Both the position numbers and the translations under genes were made by a program. The notes under the pieces were generated by a model. That model had not been told where the DNA came from. It did not search any database and was given only the letters and a program-made list of their open reading frames with translations. Below are positions 1 through 9,399 of a stretch of DNA of 54,502 bases, piece by piece (position 1 is the stretch's first letter; each line of letters opens with the position of its first letter). Source of the stretch: a virus (lineage: Duplodnaviria; Caudoviricetes); IMG/VR virus record IMGVR_UViG_3300020044_001189, positions 1 through 54,502 of that record, one strand, 5' to 3'.

Positions 1-121
1 TACATGAATCTTAACAATAATTCAGCAAGCGGGGCTGGTTCGTTTTGGGTTAGTACTGCGCCAACATCAACTGTATTCACGGTAAGCGATTCAGCGTCAG
101 TTAATGATCCAGCACAAAATT
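1..121. repeat. Terminal direct repeat (assembly circularisation overlap), copy 1
   Basis: Identical to 54382-54502; an ORF reads through the junction in frame. Confidence 0.95.
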
Positions 122-456
122 ATGTTGCTTATCTCTTTGCAACCTGCGCTGGTGTAAGCAAAGTTGGCAGTTATACAGGTACAGGAACAACTCTTCAAAT
201 TGATTGTGGCTTCACGGCAGGGTCGAGGTTTGTCCTCATCAAACGCACTGACTCTACAGGTGACTGGTATGTGTGGGACTCTGCCCGTGGCATCGTGGCT
301 GGTAACGACCCATACCTCTTGCTTAACAGTACGGCGGCTGAAGTAACCAACACAGACTACGTTGACACCTACAGCGCAGGGTTTGAGATTAGTAGCACAG
401 CGCCAGCCGCCATCAATGCAAACGGTGGAACCTTTATCTTCTTGGCGATCGCATAA
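1..456 (+). CDS. C-terminal part of the tail fiber/receptor-binding protein that starts at 52789 and wraps the origin
   Basis: ATG at 4 corresponds to 54385, in frame with 52789; its C-terminus is nearly identical to that of 466..2550. Confidence 0.85.
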   Translation, partial: YMNLNNNSASGAGSFWVSTAPTSTVFTVSDSASVNDPAQNYVAYLFATCAGVSKVGSYTGTGTTLQIDCGFTAGSRFVLIKRTDSTGDWYVWDSARGIVAGNDPYLLLNSTAAEVTNTDYVDTYSAGFEISSTAPAAINANGGTFIFLAIA

Positions 457-465
457 GGAAAACAC

Positions 466-2550
466 ATGAGCACCAAGTACCCCGGCGGTTTCATCACCAA
501 GAACTACGTAGCGCCTACACCGTCGTCGGCATCGGGTATCTGGACGCTTGACCAACAAGAACAAGCACAGAAAGCTGGCATCTGGCCTTTTGGTGGCCCG
601 TTTAACTACATCGAGGACGTGTTTTCAACTTATTTGTATACAGGCAACGGCACTACACAGACCATCACTAACGGCATTGATTTGTCTACAAAGGGTGGTT
701 TGGTTTGGATTAAAAGCAGAGGTTCTGCGGTAAATCATGCTTTAGCAGACACTGTTCGTGGAGCGAATAATAGAATTGCGTCAAATACCCAAGCGGCTCA
801 AATAACTGGTGGCGTTACTGCATTTAATACAAATGGCTTTGACATTGACAATGAGCCTCAAGTTAATTCTTCAAGCACTACCTACGCCTCATGGACATTT
901 AGAGAGCAAGCTAAGTTTTTTGATGTTGTAACGTATACGGGGAATGGAGCCAACCGCACTATTGCCCATAATCTTGGTTCAGTCCCGGGTTGCATTATTA
1001 TTAAGCGTACAGATGCAATTGAAGATTGGCAGGTTTACCATCGCAGTTTAGCAAATACTCAATACATGGCACTTGACGCAACATTTGCGGCACTTACTGG
1101 CCTAACAAGATGGAACAGCACAACACCGACAGACACAGTTTTTAGTCTTGGAACTTCTACAGGTGTTAACGCATCAGGCGGCACATACATCGCATATATC
1201 TTTGCCCACAACGCAGGTGGCTTTGGCCTGACTGGTACTGACAATGTGATTTCGTGTGGGTCGTTTACTACTGACGGAACAGGCGCGGCTGGCAATATTA
1301 CTTTAGGGTACGAGGCGCAATGGATTCTTTTAAAGCGAACTGATAACCTTGGAAGTTGGAATATTATTGACATAATGCGTGGGTCTTCTCTTACGTCTTA
1401 TAACTATTTACAACCAAACGCTTCAACACAGGAAAGTTCATCAACAAGTGCAGGGCAGGGCATATTCCCAACTGCAACAGGATTTTATGTAGGTACTAAT
1501 TTTCCTGCCGCATCCGCAACCTACATCTACATAGCAATACGCCGTGGCCCAATGAAAGTGCCAAGTACGGGAAGTAGTGTGTTTAGTCCTACAACATACA
1601 GCGGTAACAATACAAGTAAATCTATAACTGGTGTAGGCTTTGCTACTGATTTAATCATTAATAAACCTCGTGCCAACACATTAGGATCGGGAAACACTGG
1701 TGTATTTTGGGATAGATTGCGTGGGTTTCCTGATGGAACTGCAAATGCGGCTTTGGTAGCAACTTCTACGGCTGACGAAGCTACTTGGGCGTCTTTGTTT
1801 AATATGTTTGGTTACATCAACAACACAAACTCTAATCCTCAAGATGGGTATCGTGTATTAAATGGCTCAACAGATGGACGCTATGTAAACTATTCAAGTG
1901 AAGCAATTGGCTACATTAGTTGGAGCTTCAAACGTGCCCCATCGTTTTTTGATGAGGTTTGCTATACAGGGACGGGAAGTGCAACCACGTTTACACACAA
2001 TCTTGGTGTAGTGCCTGAGTTGATGATTGTGAAGCGTAGAAACACAGCGGGGTACTGGCTGGTTTACAGCGCAACTATTGGTGCAACAAAAGCACTTTAT
2101 CTAAACGATACGTCTTCGGCTGTCACTGACTCTGCGTATTGGAACAACACTTCCCCAACGAGTACAGTTTTTACTGTCAAAACAGATGGTGATGTAAACG
2201 CTAGTGGTGGAACTTATGTTGCTTACCTATTTGCAACCTGCGCTGGTGTATCCAAAGTAGGTTCATACACAGGAACAGGAGCCGCCCAAACTATCAACTG
2301 CGGCTTCACAGCAGGTAGTCGGTTTGTAATGATCAAGCGCACCGACAGCTCTGGAGACTGGTACATATGGGACTCGGCTCGTGGCATTATTCCCTCTAAC
2401 GACCCATACCTGTTGATTAACAGCACAGCGGCTGAAGTGACTAGCACGGATTACATTGATACAACAGCGGTAGGTTTTGACATCACCAGCACTGCACCTG
2501 CCGCCATCAATGCAAACGGCGGCACTTATATTTTTCTTGCAATCGCTTAA
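466..2550 (+). CDS. Tail fiber/receptor-binding protein with repeated YTGNG beta-rich domains
   Basis: 694 aa, G/T/S/N-rich, about five repeats of a (F)DVVxYTGxG...HNLGxxP-type unit; followed by a tail chaperone gene. Confidence 0.75.
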   Translation: MSTKYPGGFITKNYVAPTPSSASGIWTLDQQEQAQKAGIWPFGGPFNYIEDVFSTYLYTGNGTTQTITNGIDLSTKGGLVWIKSRGSAVNHALADTVRGANNRIASNTQAAQITGGVTAFNTNGFDIDNEPQVNSSSTTYASWTFREQAKFFDVVTYTGNGANRTIAHNLGSVPGCIIIKRTDAIEDWQVYHRSLANTQYMALDATFAALTGLTRWNSTTPTDTVFSLGTSTGVNASGGTYIAYIFAHNAGGFGLTGTDNVISCGSFTTDGTGAAGNITLGYEAQWILLKRTDNLGSWNIIDIMRGSSLTSYNYLQPNASTQESSSTSAGQGIFPTATGFYVGTNFPAASATYIYIAIRRGPMKVPSTGSSVFSPTTYSGNNTSKSITGVGFATDLIINKPRANTLGSGNTGVFWDRLRGFPDGTANAALVATSTADEATWASLFNMFGYINNTNSNPQDGYRVLNGSTDGRYVNYSSEAIGYISWSFKRAPSFFDEVCYTGTGSATTFTHNLGVVPELMIVKRRNTAGYWLVYSATIGATKALYLNDTSSAVTDSAYWNNTSPTSTVFTVKTDGDVNASGGTYVAYLFATCAGVSKVGSYTGTGAAQTINCGFTAGSRFVMIKRTDSSGDWYIWDSARGIIPSNDPYLLINSTAAEVTSTDYIDTTAVGFDITSTAPAAINANGGTYIFLAIA

Positions 2551-2562
2551 AAGGAGCAAATC

Positions 2563-3048
2563 ATGGAAATTCGTATGCGTAACACTGGTCAATTGATGAC
2601 CTCACAGGAATTCAACCGAGTTGTCTGTTCATTACCAATCACAGAGGAAGTGTTAGACCAACACGGTGCTGATATTGTCTTTGAAGGCCCCCAAGCTACA
2701 GGAGGAACTCGCTATCAGTTCTCTATGCGCGACGGCGTGACCAACATTGAGGGCAAGTGGTACACCTTCTACAAATTAGGCCCTGTCTTCACAGACCGCC
2801 CTGCAACGGACACCGAACCTGCCCAGACAGCCGCTGAACAAGAGACTGCTTACAAGGCCATGAAAGACGCAGAACAAGCCAAGTCTGTACGCACCAACCG
2901 TAATGACAAGCTGAAGGACTGCGACTGGACACAGATTGCCGACAGCACTGCTGATAAGGCGGCATGGGCAACTTATCGTCAAGCACTGCGTGACATCACA
3001 GCGCAGGCTGGTTTCCCTTGGGATATTAATTGGCCTGATGCACCATGA
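2563..3048 (+). CDS. Tail fiber assembly chaperone
   Basis: C-terminal RxxRNxxLxxCDWTQ..D...WATYRQALRDIT.Q.GFP..I.WP motif. Confidence 0.8.
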   Translation: MEIRMRNTGQLMTSQEFNRVVCSLPITEEVLDQHGADIVFEGPQATGGTRYQFSMRDGVTNIEGKWYTFYKLGPVFTDRPATDTEPAQTAAEQETAYKAMKDAEQAKSVRTNRNDKLKDCDWTQIADSTADKAAWATYRQALRDITAQAGFPWDINWPDAP

Positions 3049-3242
3049 GTGACGATGCCTCCACCAAGATAGCGGTACACGAAGCGGTTTGTGCAGAGCG
3101 CTATGCGGCTATTGAGAAGTCTTTTGCCGCTGGCGACAAGCGCATGACGAGGATTGAGTACCTGCTATACATCGTCATTGTTGCCGTGCTGTTTGGCCCC
3201 GGCGTGGCGGGCGAACTCATCAAGAAGATTTTGGGGCTATGA
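3045..3242 (+). CDS. Small membrane protein of the lysis region (HEAVCAERY type)
   Basis: 65 aa, short coiled coil plus C-terminal TM helix; ATGA overlap with the upstream gene. Confidence 0.65.
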   Translation: MSDDASTKIAVHEAVCAERYAAIEKSFAAGDKRMTRIEYLLYIVIVAVLFGPGVAGELIKKILGL

Positions 3243-3243
3243 A

Positions 3244-3909
3244 ATCGACCCGCTCACCATCTTGCTCGCCGCCAGAGCCTGCGTTAGCGCAATCCAAGAG
3301 GGAGCCGCTTTGTATAAGCAGGCCAAAAAATCTTTCATGGAGGTCAAGTCCACTGCTGAAGAAATTGTTAGTGATGCCCGCAAGGCCAGAAGTTTCTGGG
3401 CCAAACTCTTCGGAGCCAAAGAAAAGCCTGTGGCGAAAGAGACGCGAAAACAGGAAAAGTATGTAGCAGTAGACGAGACAAAAGTGCTCTCGGACATTGT
3501 CACTCAATTGAGCACTTTTTTTCGTTTGCAAGAGCAGTTAGCGGAAACAATTCGCGCTGAGGAAGAACGATCAAAAAACGTCTACGATCCTGACGCTAAC
3601 CTGATGGAAGCCGCCCTCCACAGGATCATGGCCCAAGATCAAATGGCGGTTCTGGAAACGGAAATCCGAGAGGCGATGGTATATGGGGCTCCAGCGGAGA
3701 TGGGGGCCCTGTACAGCCGCACGTTCGCTACCCGAGACATCATTAAGGCAGAGCAGGAAAAGGCAAGGAAGAAACGGGATGATGAGTCATGGCAACGCAA
3801 AGAGGAGGAACGTCTCCTAAACGAAAGGCGGGCATATCTGCTGGTGACTATCCTATTCCTCCTGTATCTGTGGGTTCTCCTCGGCCTCTTGAGCAGGATT
3901 GGGAATTAG
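3244..3909 (+). CDS. Coiled-coil protein with C-terminal TM helix; start uncertain (possible ATC start at 3244)
   Basis: Open frame 3154..3909; IDPLTILLAA N-terminus follows GGGG at 3233-3236; hydrophobic C-terminus. Confidence 0.6.
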   Translation: MDPLTILLAARACVSAIQEGAALYKQAKKSFMEVKSTAEEIVSDARKARSFWAKLFGAKEKPVAKETRKQEKYVAVDETKVLSDIVTQLSTFFRLQEQLAETIRAEEERSKNVYDPDANLMEAALHRIMAQDQMAVLETEIREAMVYGAPAEMGALYSRTFATRDIIKAEQEKARKKRDDESWQRKEEERLLNERRAYLLVTILFLLYLWVLLGLLSRIGN

Positions 3910-3911
3910 TG

Positions 3912-4088
3912 ATGGGGTGGATTGTTGCGTTGATTTTGGTAGTTTTGATGATCCCGCTTCTTGGCATGCTATTCATGGACGTGTTGCAAACAAAAAAAGA
4001 AGCCCAAGTGCAGATTCAAAAAATGGAAAACCTGAGACAAAAAATTGAAAAGGAAAGAAGAGATGCAAGCGCCGATAGACCCAAATGA
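3912..4088 (+). CDS. Small membrane protein (N-terminal TM plus coiled coil)
   Basis: MGWIVALILVVLMIPLLGMLF...; lies in the lysis cluster. Confidence 0.55.
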   Translation: MGWIVALILVVLMIPLLGMLFMDVLQTKKEAQVQIQKMENLRQKIEKERRDASADRPK

Positions 4089-4332
4089 CAAAACCGCCAA
4101 ACACTTCATCTACTACTTCGCATGGTTTTGGTCGGCAACCTCCGTCATTTACTTCTTTTGCGTGACGTTCATTCCGCTACCCGAGGGTGGTCGTGACTTT
4201 GCCAACATCATTTTGGGCTTCTTGCTGGGTACAGCGGTTGCTACCATCATTTCGTTCTTCTACGGCTCAAGCAAGTCAAGCAAGGACAAGACTGACGCCA
4301 TGATGAAAAATGACGAGCTACCAAAACCATAA
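4063..4332 (+). CDS. Putative holin (2 TM)
   Basis: Two TM helices, then IISFFYGSSKSSKDK, typical of phage holin-like proteins. Confidence 0.65.
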   Translation: MQAPIDPNDKTAKHFIYYFAWFWSATSVIYFFCVTFIPLPEGGRDFANIILGFLLGTAVATIISFFYGSSKSSKDKTDAMMKNDELPKP

Positions 4333-4341
4333 GGAGCAGAC

Positions 4342-4584
4342 ATGGAACAAACACTACGAGGCAAGCTGACTTACAAGGTAACCCTGATGGTTGCCGCTAC
4401 CCTGTGCATTGTGGTGTGCAGTATGGTGTTTACCCTGATGTTTGGGTTATTCGACGAAAAGGTAGACAACACCGAAATTTTCAAACTCATCAGCCCTGCG
4501 TTCCAAACGGTGGTGGGTGGGTTCATTGGATTGTTGGCTGGCATCAAGCTGTCCCATGACGATGAAGAGGTCACCAAGCCGTGA
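4342..4584 (+). CDS. Putative 2-TM holin/antiholin-like protein
   Basis: Two hydrophobic helices; AAGGAG RBS; lysis cluster. Confidence 0.55.
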   Translation: MEQTLRGKLTYKVTLMVAATLCIVVCSMVFTLMFGLFDEKVDNTEIFKLISPAFQTVVGGFIGLLAGIKLSHDDEEVTKP

Positions 4585-5045
4585 GCCTGTTTAATCCTTG
4601 GGTTATCTTGGGCGTCCTGATGGCTGTTTTAGGCGCCTTTGGCGGTGGTTATTACAAAGGTGGCGAGGATGAAAATGCTCGTCAACAGGCTGAAATAGCC
4701 GCCTTGAATGCCAAGGCAAGGGATACTGAGCAAGCAATGGCGCAAGTGGCTCAGGCGTATGGACAAACACTAAGAAAGGCAAATAATGTTGCAAAAGTTA
4801 AAGAAACTAAGTTACGCGCTGATGTTGCCTCTGGCGCTTTGCGCCTGTCAATCCCCACCAAAAGCGCCATATGTCCCACCTCAGTTACCACCGTTACCGC
4901 TGGAGATAACAGCGGAGAGACACGAGCCGAACTTACTGGACAGGCTTCTGACGACCTTATCAGGATTGCCAGCGAAGGAGACGCCGCAATCCGAAAGCTC
5001 AACCAATGCATCCAAACCTATGAAACCCTAAGGAGTCTTAAATGA
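4581..5045 (+). CDS. Rz-like inner-membrane spanin
   Basis: N-terminal TM, coiled coil, LRLSIP and C-terminal GDxAIRKLNQC as in Rz-family proteins. Confidence 0.75.
   Translation: MSLFNPWVILGVLMAVLGAFGGGYYKGGEDENARQQAEIAALNAKARDTEQAMAQVAQAYGQTLRKANNVAKVKETKLRADVASGALRLSIPTKSAICPTSVTTVTAGDNSGETRAELTGQASDDLIRIASEGDAAIRKLNQCIQTYETLRSLK
4786..5031 (+). CDS. Rz1-like outer-membrane lipoprotein spanin embedded in Rz (+1 frame)
   Basis: Basic N-terminus, hydrophobic core, lipobox LCAC, Pro-rich mature part; fully nested in 4581..5045. Confidence 0.7.
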   Translation: MLQKLKKLSYALMLPLALCACQSPPKAPYVPPQLPPLPLEITAERHEPNLLDRLLTTLSGLPAKETPQSESSTNASKPMKP

Positions 5046-5470
5046 ATTTATCTGAGCATTTCACCCTAGAGGAACTTACGCACACCGACCACCGCGAGTT
5101 TGACAATACGCCAAACGATGAAGAAATGGCAAATCTGGTTCGATTGGCTGATTTTTTGGAAAAAGTTAAAGAAGTTTTGGGTGGAAAACCCATCATCGTT
5201 AACTCTGCGTTTAGAAGTGCGGAGGTCAACCGTGCGGTGGGATCTTCGGATCGATCACAGCATCGGCGTGGCTGTGCCTGCGATTTTCGGGTTCCCGGCA
5301 TGACCCCCGACCAAGTCGTCAGGGCCATCATTGCCGCTAACCTGCCCTTTGACCAGTGCATACGTGAGTTTGATCGATGGACGCATATCTCTATCCCAAA
5401 CACCGAAGATGCCAATCCCCGCGAAATGGCGCTGATCATTGACAAATCTGGAACAAGGGCGTTTGCCTAA
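5042..5470 (+). CDS. Endolysin, peptidase M15A family
   Basis: LSEHFTLEEL, NSAFRS..VN..VG....SQH..GCACDF and WTHIS Zn-peptidase motifs. Confidence 0.85.
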   Translation: MNLSEHFTLEELTHTDHREFDNTPNDEEMANLVRLADFLEKVKEVLGGKPIIVNSAFRSAEVNRAVGSSDRSQHRRGCACDFRVPGMTPDQVVRAIIAANLPFDQCIREFDRWTHISIPNTEDANPREMALIIDKSGTRAFA

Positions 5471-5535
5471 ACCAAACTAAAACCCTAGAATGAATCCCAA
5501 AGATTTCGGGGCAAGATAGCCATGAAAGGGCGCTG

Positions 5536-6171
5536 ATGTCAACTCCATCATGGGTAATGACGTATGACAGTCTGAACTCGACGGTTCTCCAATATTTGGA
5601 ACGTCAAGATCAGGCTGTCGTAAACGCCATCCCCACATTCATTACATTATGTGAGTTTGAGATTGCCCAAGAAATTAAAACGCTTGGGCAGTTAAGTGTT
5701 GTCACCTCAAACATGTCAGCAAGCAACCCAGTGATTCAAAAACCTGCACGTTGGCGCAAGACTGTATCCATGACAATCCTTGGCGCAACCGAGGCAACAC
5801 CAGTCCTATTGCGTAAGTTTGAGTACCTAAAGACGTATTGGCCTAACGTCACACTGACGGGTCTGCCTGAGTTTTACTCGGACATTGACTATGACCATTG
5901 GTACTTTGCTCCGACACCAGACCAAGCCTACAGCTTTGAAGTCCTGTACTACGAGAGAATTCCTCCCTTATCTTCCGAGAACCAAACCAATTGGCTTACC
6001 CAAAATGCGCCAAATGCAATGCTGTATGGAACCCTTTTGCAGGCCATGCCGTTTTTGAAGAATGACGCACGAGCCATCTTCCAACAAAAATATTCAGAGG
6101 CAATTAATGCGCTGAAGACTGAAGATACGACCAGAGTTGGTGATCGACAAACAATTGCAGTGGATAGCTAA
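5536..6171 (+). CDS. Head-tail adaptor / tail tubular protein (podovirus-like)
   Basis: MTYDSL...YLER, P.PDQAY..EVLYY, NWL..NAP.AMLYG.L pattern of podophage adaptors. Confidence 0.6.
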   Translation: MSTPSWVMTYDSLNSTVLQYLERQDQAVVNAIPTFITLCEFEIAQEIKTLGQLSVVTSNMSASNPVIQKPARWRKTVSMTILGATEATPVLLRKFEYLKTYWPNVTLTGLPEFYSDIDYDHWYFAPTPDQAYSFEVLYYERIPPLSSENQTNWLTQNAPNAMLYGTLLQAMPFLKNDARAIFQQKYSEAINALKTEDTTRVGDRQTIAVDS

Positions 6172-6173
6172 AC

Positions 6174-7391
6174 ATGACTTCATACATCAATCCGTTTACC
6201 AATCAGACCGTAAACCCATCGCAGGTGGGTTATGAGTCCCTTTCCATATCTGTCAACACCACGCTTCAGTGGCCCGTAAACGGGAATAACTCCACTGTTG
6301 TTGCAAACATTATGGATGTCACCGCAACGGTGGCTGGTTTGTCGTTGATCCTGCCGTCTGCCCAACAGGTATCTGTCGGTCAAAACATCATTATTCGTAA
6401 CACTGGATCAAATTCATTTAATGTTGTCGATGCTGGCCTCAACATCATTACCACAATTGCTTCTGGCATAGCTAACTTCATTTACCTCACCAGCAATACA
6501 AACGATAACGGCACTTGGACGGTCATTACCTTTGGTGCTGGTACGTCCTCGGCTAATGCCGCAACCTTGGCTGGCTATGGTTTAGTCGCATTAAACACAA
6601 CATTAAATCAACAGTACACGTTCTCTACCATTTCATCTTCCTACACCATCCTGCCAAGCAATCGCGCAGGATTCATTGTTTGGAACGGCGGTGCAGGGAC
6701 ACTGACCCTACCAATATCAAGTGACGTTGGAAGCAATTGGTTTGTAATAGTTCGCAACAATGGCGCTGGTGTCGTCACTGTTCAACCTCAAGGAACTGAC
6801 ACCATTGATGGCAACGCCAACGCTCAATTGCAATTGACTGAGTCATTTGTTATTGTTTGTAATGGTACTGGGTACAACACGTTTGCTTACGGCAGATCAA
6901 ACCAATTTGCATTTACCACGTTGGTAAAGAACGTAACAGGTGGAACGGTTACATTGACCTCCGCCGAGGGCGCAAACGTCATCCAAGAATACACGGGCGT
7001 ATTGACGTCAAACTGTACTGTTATTGTTCCTTCTACCGTTCAACTGTATTCGTTACAAAACAATACAACTGGTGCATTTACGCTTACGTTTAAAACAACC
7101 TCTGTCGGTGCTGACACGGTTGTTTTGCCGCAAACTCAAACAATTATTGCAATTTGCGATGGAACGAATGTATATAACGCTCAGACTGCCACATCGAGTA
7201 CGTTGGGTAGCCTGACGTTGAGTAACGGTACTGCGGCGGCTCCATCATTGAACTTTACTGGAGACACTACAAGTGGCTTGTATTTGGTTGGTAGTGCACA
7301 GCTTGGGTTTACTATCGCTGGTGCAAATAAGATGACTTTGACCGCAACTGGTTTGTTGGTTAGTGCTGGCATCCCCGGGGGTGCGTTTTGA
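6174..7391 (+). CDS. Tail structural protein (short fiber/spike-like)
   Basis: T/S/N/G-rich beta repeats; C-terminal GTAAAPSLNFTGDTTSGLY fiber motif. Confidence 0.6.
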   Translation: MTSYINPFTNQTVNPSQVGYESLSISVNTTLQWPVNGNNSTVVANIMDVTATVAGLSLILPSAQQVSVGQNIIIRNTGSNSFNVVDAGLNIITTIASGIANFIYLTSNTNDNGTWTVITFGAGTSSANAATLAGYGLVALNTTLNQQYTFSTISSSYTILPSNRAGFIVWNGGAGTLTLPISSDVGSNWFVIVRNNGAGVVTVQPQGTDTIDGNANAQLQLTESFVIVCNGTGYNTFAYGRSNQFAFTTLVKNVTGGTVTLTSAEGANVIQEYTGVLTSNCTVIVPSTVQLYSLQNNTTGAFTLTFKTTSVGADTVVLPQTQTIIAICDGTNVYNAQTATSSTLGSLTLSNGTAAAPSLNFTGDTTSGLYLVGSAQLGFTIAGANKMTLTATGLLVSAGIPGGAF

Positions 7392-9142
7392 CAGCAAAGA
7401 TTACGACACTTGCCATCAAGCCCGGCATCCAGCGGGATGGTACTCAATTCGCCGCTGACACCTATGTTGATGGCGAATGGGTCAGGTTTCAGCGTGGCCT
7501 CCCCCGCAAGATGGGTGGCTACAGCGGTATTTTTTTGAATGCCACTGGAGTGTCTCGTGGAATGACCATGACCTCAACCGATGGCTTTAATTACGTCATC
7601 TCTGGGTACAGTGCTGGGTTGGAGCAGTGGGTAACGGACAACGATGATGGGGTCGGTTTTGGCCCAACACCGTACTCATTTTCTTCAGGTTTTACGTCAA
7701 GCACGAGCAACATGTGGCAATTTGACATTGGCTACGACTCGACTGGTGGAAACACAAATAACCTTGTTGCGCATGCTGGTCAGAACCTGCTTGCTATCGA
7801 CAGCACGGTAAACACAAGACCTCTGTTTGGTCAATTTCCAAACACAACCTTGGATCCAGTCGGCGTATTTACTGCCGCAGGAACCACCAACGCCACAACA
7901 ACCTTTACTCTTTCTGTTGCAAATGCTCGCGTCGGTTCAGGTCAAACCATCACGGGTACAGGTATACCGTCGGGCACAACCGTGGTATCTGTTGTTGGTA
8001 CTGCGGTGACAATGTCTGCCGCCGCTACTGGGTCTGCAAGCATTACAGCAACCTTTGACAACAACATTTCTGTGTCTGGCGGTGTTGTCGTGCTCCACCC
8101 CTACTTGTTTGTGTACGGCAACAATGGCTTGATTCAAAACAGTACCGCTGGCGACTACAACAATTGGGTTGGGTCGGACGCCAATGCCAACAACGTGTCC
8201 ACTGGAAAGATCGTAAAGGGGCTTCCCCTTCGCGGTGGTACTACGTCCCCCGCTGGGTTGTTTTGGGCGCTTGATTCGCTGATTCGTGTGTCCTATGCGC
8301 CATCTACGGTAGGTGGGTTGAACTTCTATTGGAGATACGACCTTGTATCAAGCCAGACTTCTATCATGTCATCGCAATGCGTGATTGAGTATGACGGCAT
8401 CTTCTATTGGTGCGGTGTGGATAGATTCTTGATGTACAACGGTGTTGTGCAAGAGATCCAAAACACCATGAACCAAAACTACTTCTTTGACAACTTGAAT
8501 TACGCCCAACGTCAAAAGGTTTGGTGTACAAAAATCCCTCGTTGGGGTGAGATATGGTGGTTCTATCCAAAGGGTGACGCAACTGAGTGCACGGACGCCA
8601 TCATTTACAACGTGCGTGAAAAGATTTGGTATGACGCTGGTGAGTCTCCTGCCGCACGTCGTTCGGCGGGTACGTTCTCTGAGGTGTTTAGATACCCAAT
8701 TTGGGGTGGCAATGAGGCCAACACCCAAGGCAAGTACACCCTGTGGAAGCATGAGACGGGCACAAACCAGATTTATCTGACTAGCGTCAATGCGATTAAG
8801 TCTACGTTTGAGACGTGTAACTTGGGCTTGGTTACAGGGGGGCCGGGCAACCCGCAGATGGTTGGCGACAACCTGTGGGCTCGTATCGAGCGCCTTGAGC
8901 CTGACTTTGTTCAGGATGGCGCAATGAATCTTTATGTCACTGGTAAGGGCTACGCCGACGATGTTGACATTACGACTGGCCCATACACCTTTGACAACAC
9001 CACCCTGAAGATTGACATGCGTGAGCAACGTCGAGAGTTGAGATTGAGGTTTGAGTCAAATTGCCAAAATGGCGACTATCAGATGGGTAAGGTACTGATG
9101 TCAATCGAGAGCGGCGATGTTCGCGGGACAGGTAACCCATGA
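7388..9142 (+). CDS. Tail nozzle / head stabilization protein (P22 gp10-like)
   Basis: PGIQRDGT...WVRF..G.PRKMGG N-terminus, beta-propeller-like body with EIWWFYP; position in the tail module. Confidence 0.6.
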   Translation: MTAKITTLAIKPGIQRDGTQFAADTYVDGEWVRFQRGLPRKMGGYSGIFLNATGVSRGMTMTSTDGFNYVISGYSAGLEQWVTDNDDGVGFGPTPYSFSSGFTSSTSNMWQFDIGYDSTGGNTNNLVAHAGQNLLAIDSTVNTRPLFGQFPNTTLDPVGVFTAAGTTNATTTFTLSVANARVGSGQTITGTGIPSGTTVVSVVGTAVTMSAAATGSASITATFDNNISVSGGVVVLHPYLFVYGNNGLIQNSTAGDYNNWVGSDANANNVSTGKIVKGLPLRGGTTSPAGLFWALDSLIRVSYAPSTVGGLNFYWRYDLVSSQTSIMSSQCVIEYDGIFYWCGVDRFLMYNGVVQEIQNTMNQNYFFDNLNYAQRQKVWCTKIPRWGEIWWFYPKGDATECTDAIIYNVREKIWYDAGESPAARRSAGTFSEVFRYPIWGGNEANTQGKYTLWKHETGTNQIYLTSVNAIKSTFETCNLGLVTGGPGNPQMVGDNLWARIERLEPDFVQDGAMNLYVTGKGYADDVDITTGPYTFDNTTLKIDMREQRRELRLRFESNCQNGDYQMGKVLMSIESGDVRGTGNP

Positions 9143-9375
9143 TCCCGTATGACCCTCGTGGCATGAGTTGGGATCAATATTGCAAGTTGACCGAAGAGTT
9201 GTTTGCTCCCCAGCAACTTGGCAATGTGCATGAGGATCATTGGAGACAGTGGGTCGATGGGTTAACTGGGATTGGATACTTTCTTGATTCTGGCGTACCT
9301 GACAGCAGAGGCTTTACCAATTGGCAAGATTGGGCGCAACAGTTTGTTGGCATCATGTCAATATCGTCCAATTGA
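9139..9375 (+). CDS. Hypothetical Trp-rich virion-region protein
   Basis: 78 aa ORF with ATGA overlap. Confidence 0.55.
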   Translation: MIPYDPRGMSWDQYCKLTEELFAPQQLGNVHEDHWRQWVDGLTGIGYFLDSGVPDSRGFTNWQDWAQQFVGIMSISSN

Positions 9376-9399
9376 AAAAACATTTTAGAGGGTAAGGAA

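Noticed and set aside
1-2550. Diversity-generating retroelement acting on the duplicated fiber C-termini
   Set aside because: No reverse transcriptase; differences are mostly synonymous and not adenine-specific
5471-5535. Shared late-promoter consensus (TAGAAT near 5486, TAAAAT near 27888, TATAAT near 30403)
   Set aside because: -10-like hexamers are present but I could not identify a consistent upstream element, so support is insufficient
8369-9028. Long antisense ORFs in the track (e.g. 8369..9028, 38111..38653, 11784..12263, 97..564)
   Set aside because: They are shadows of well-supported + strand genes and lack RBS or motifs
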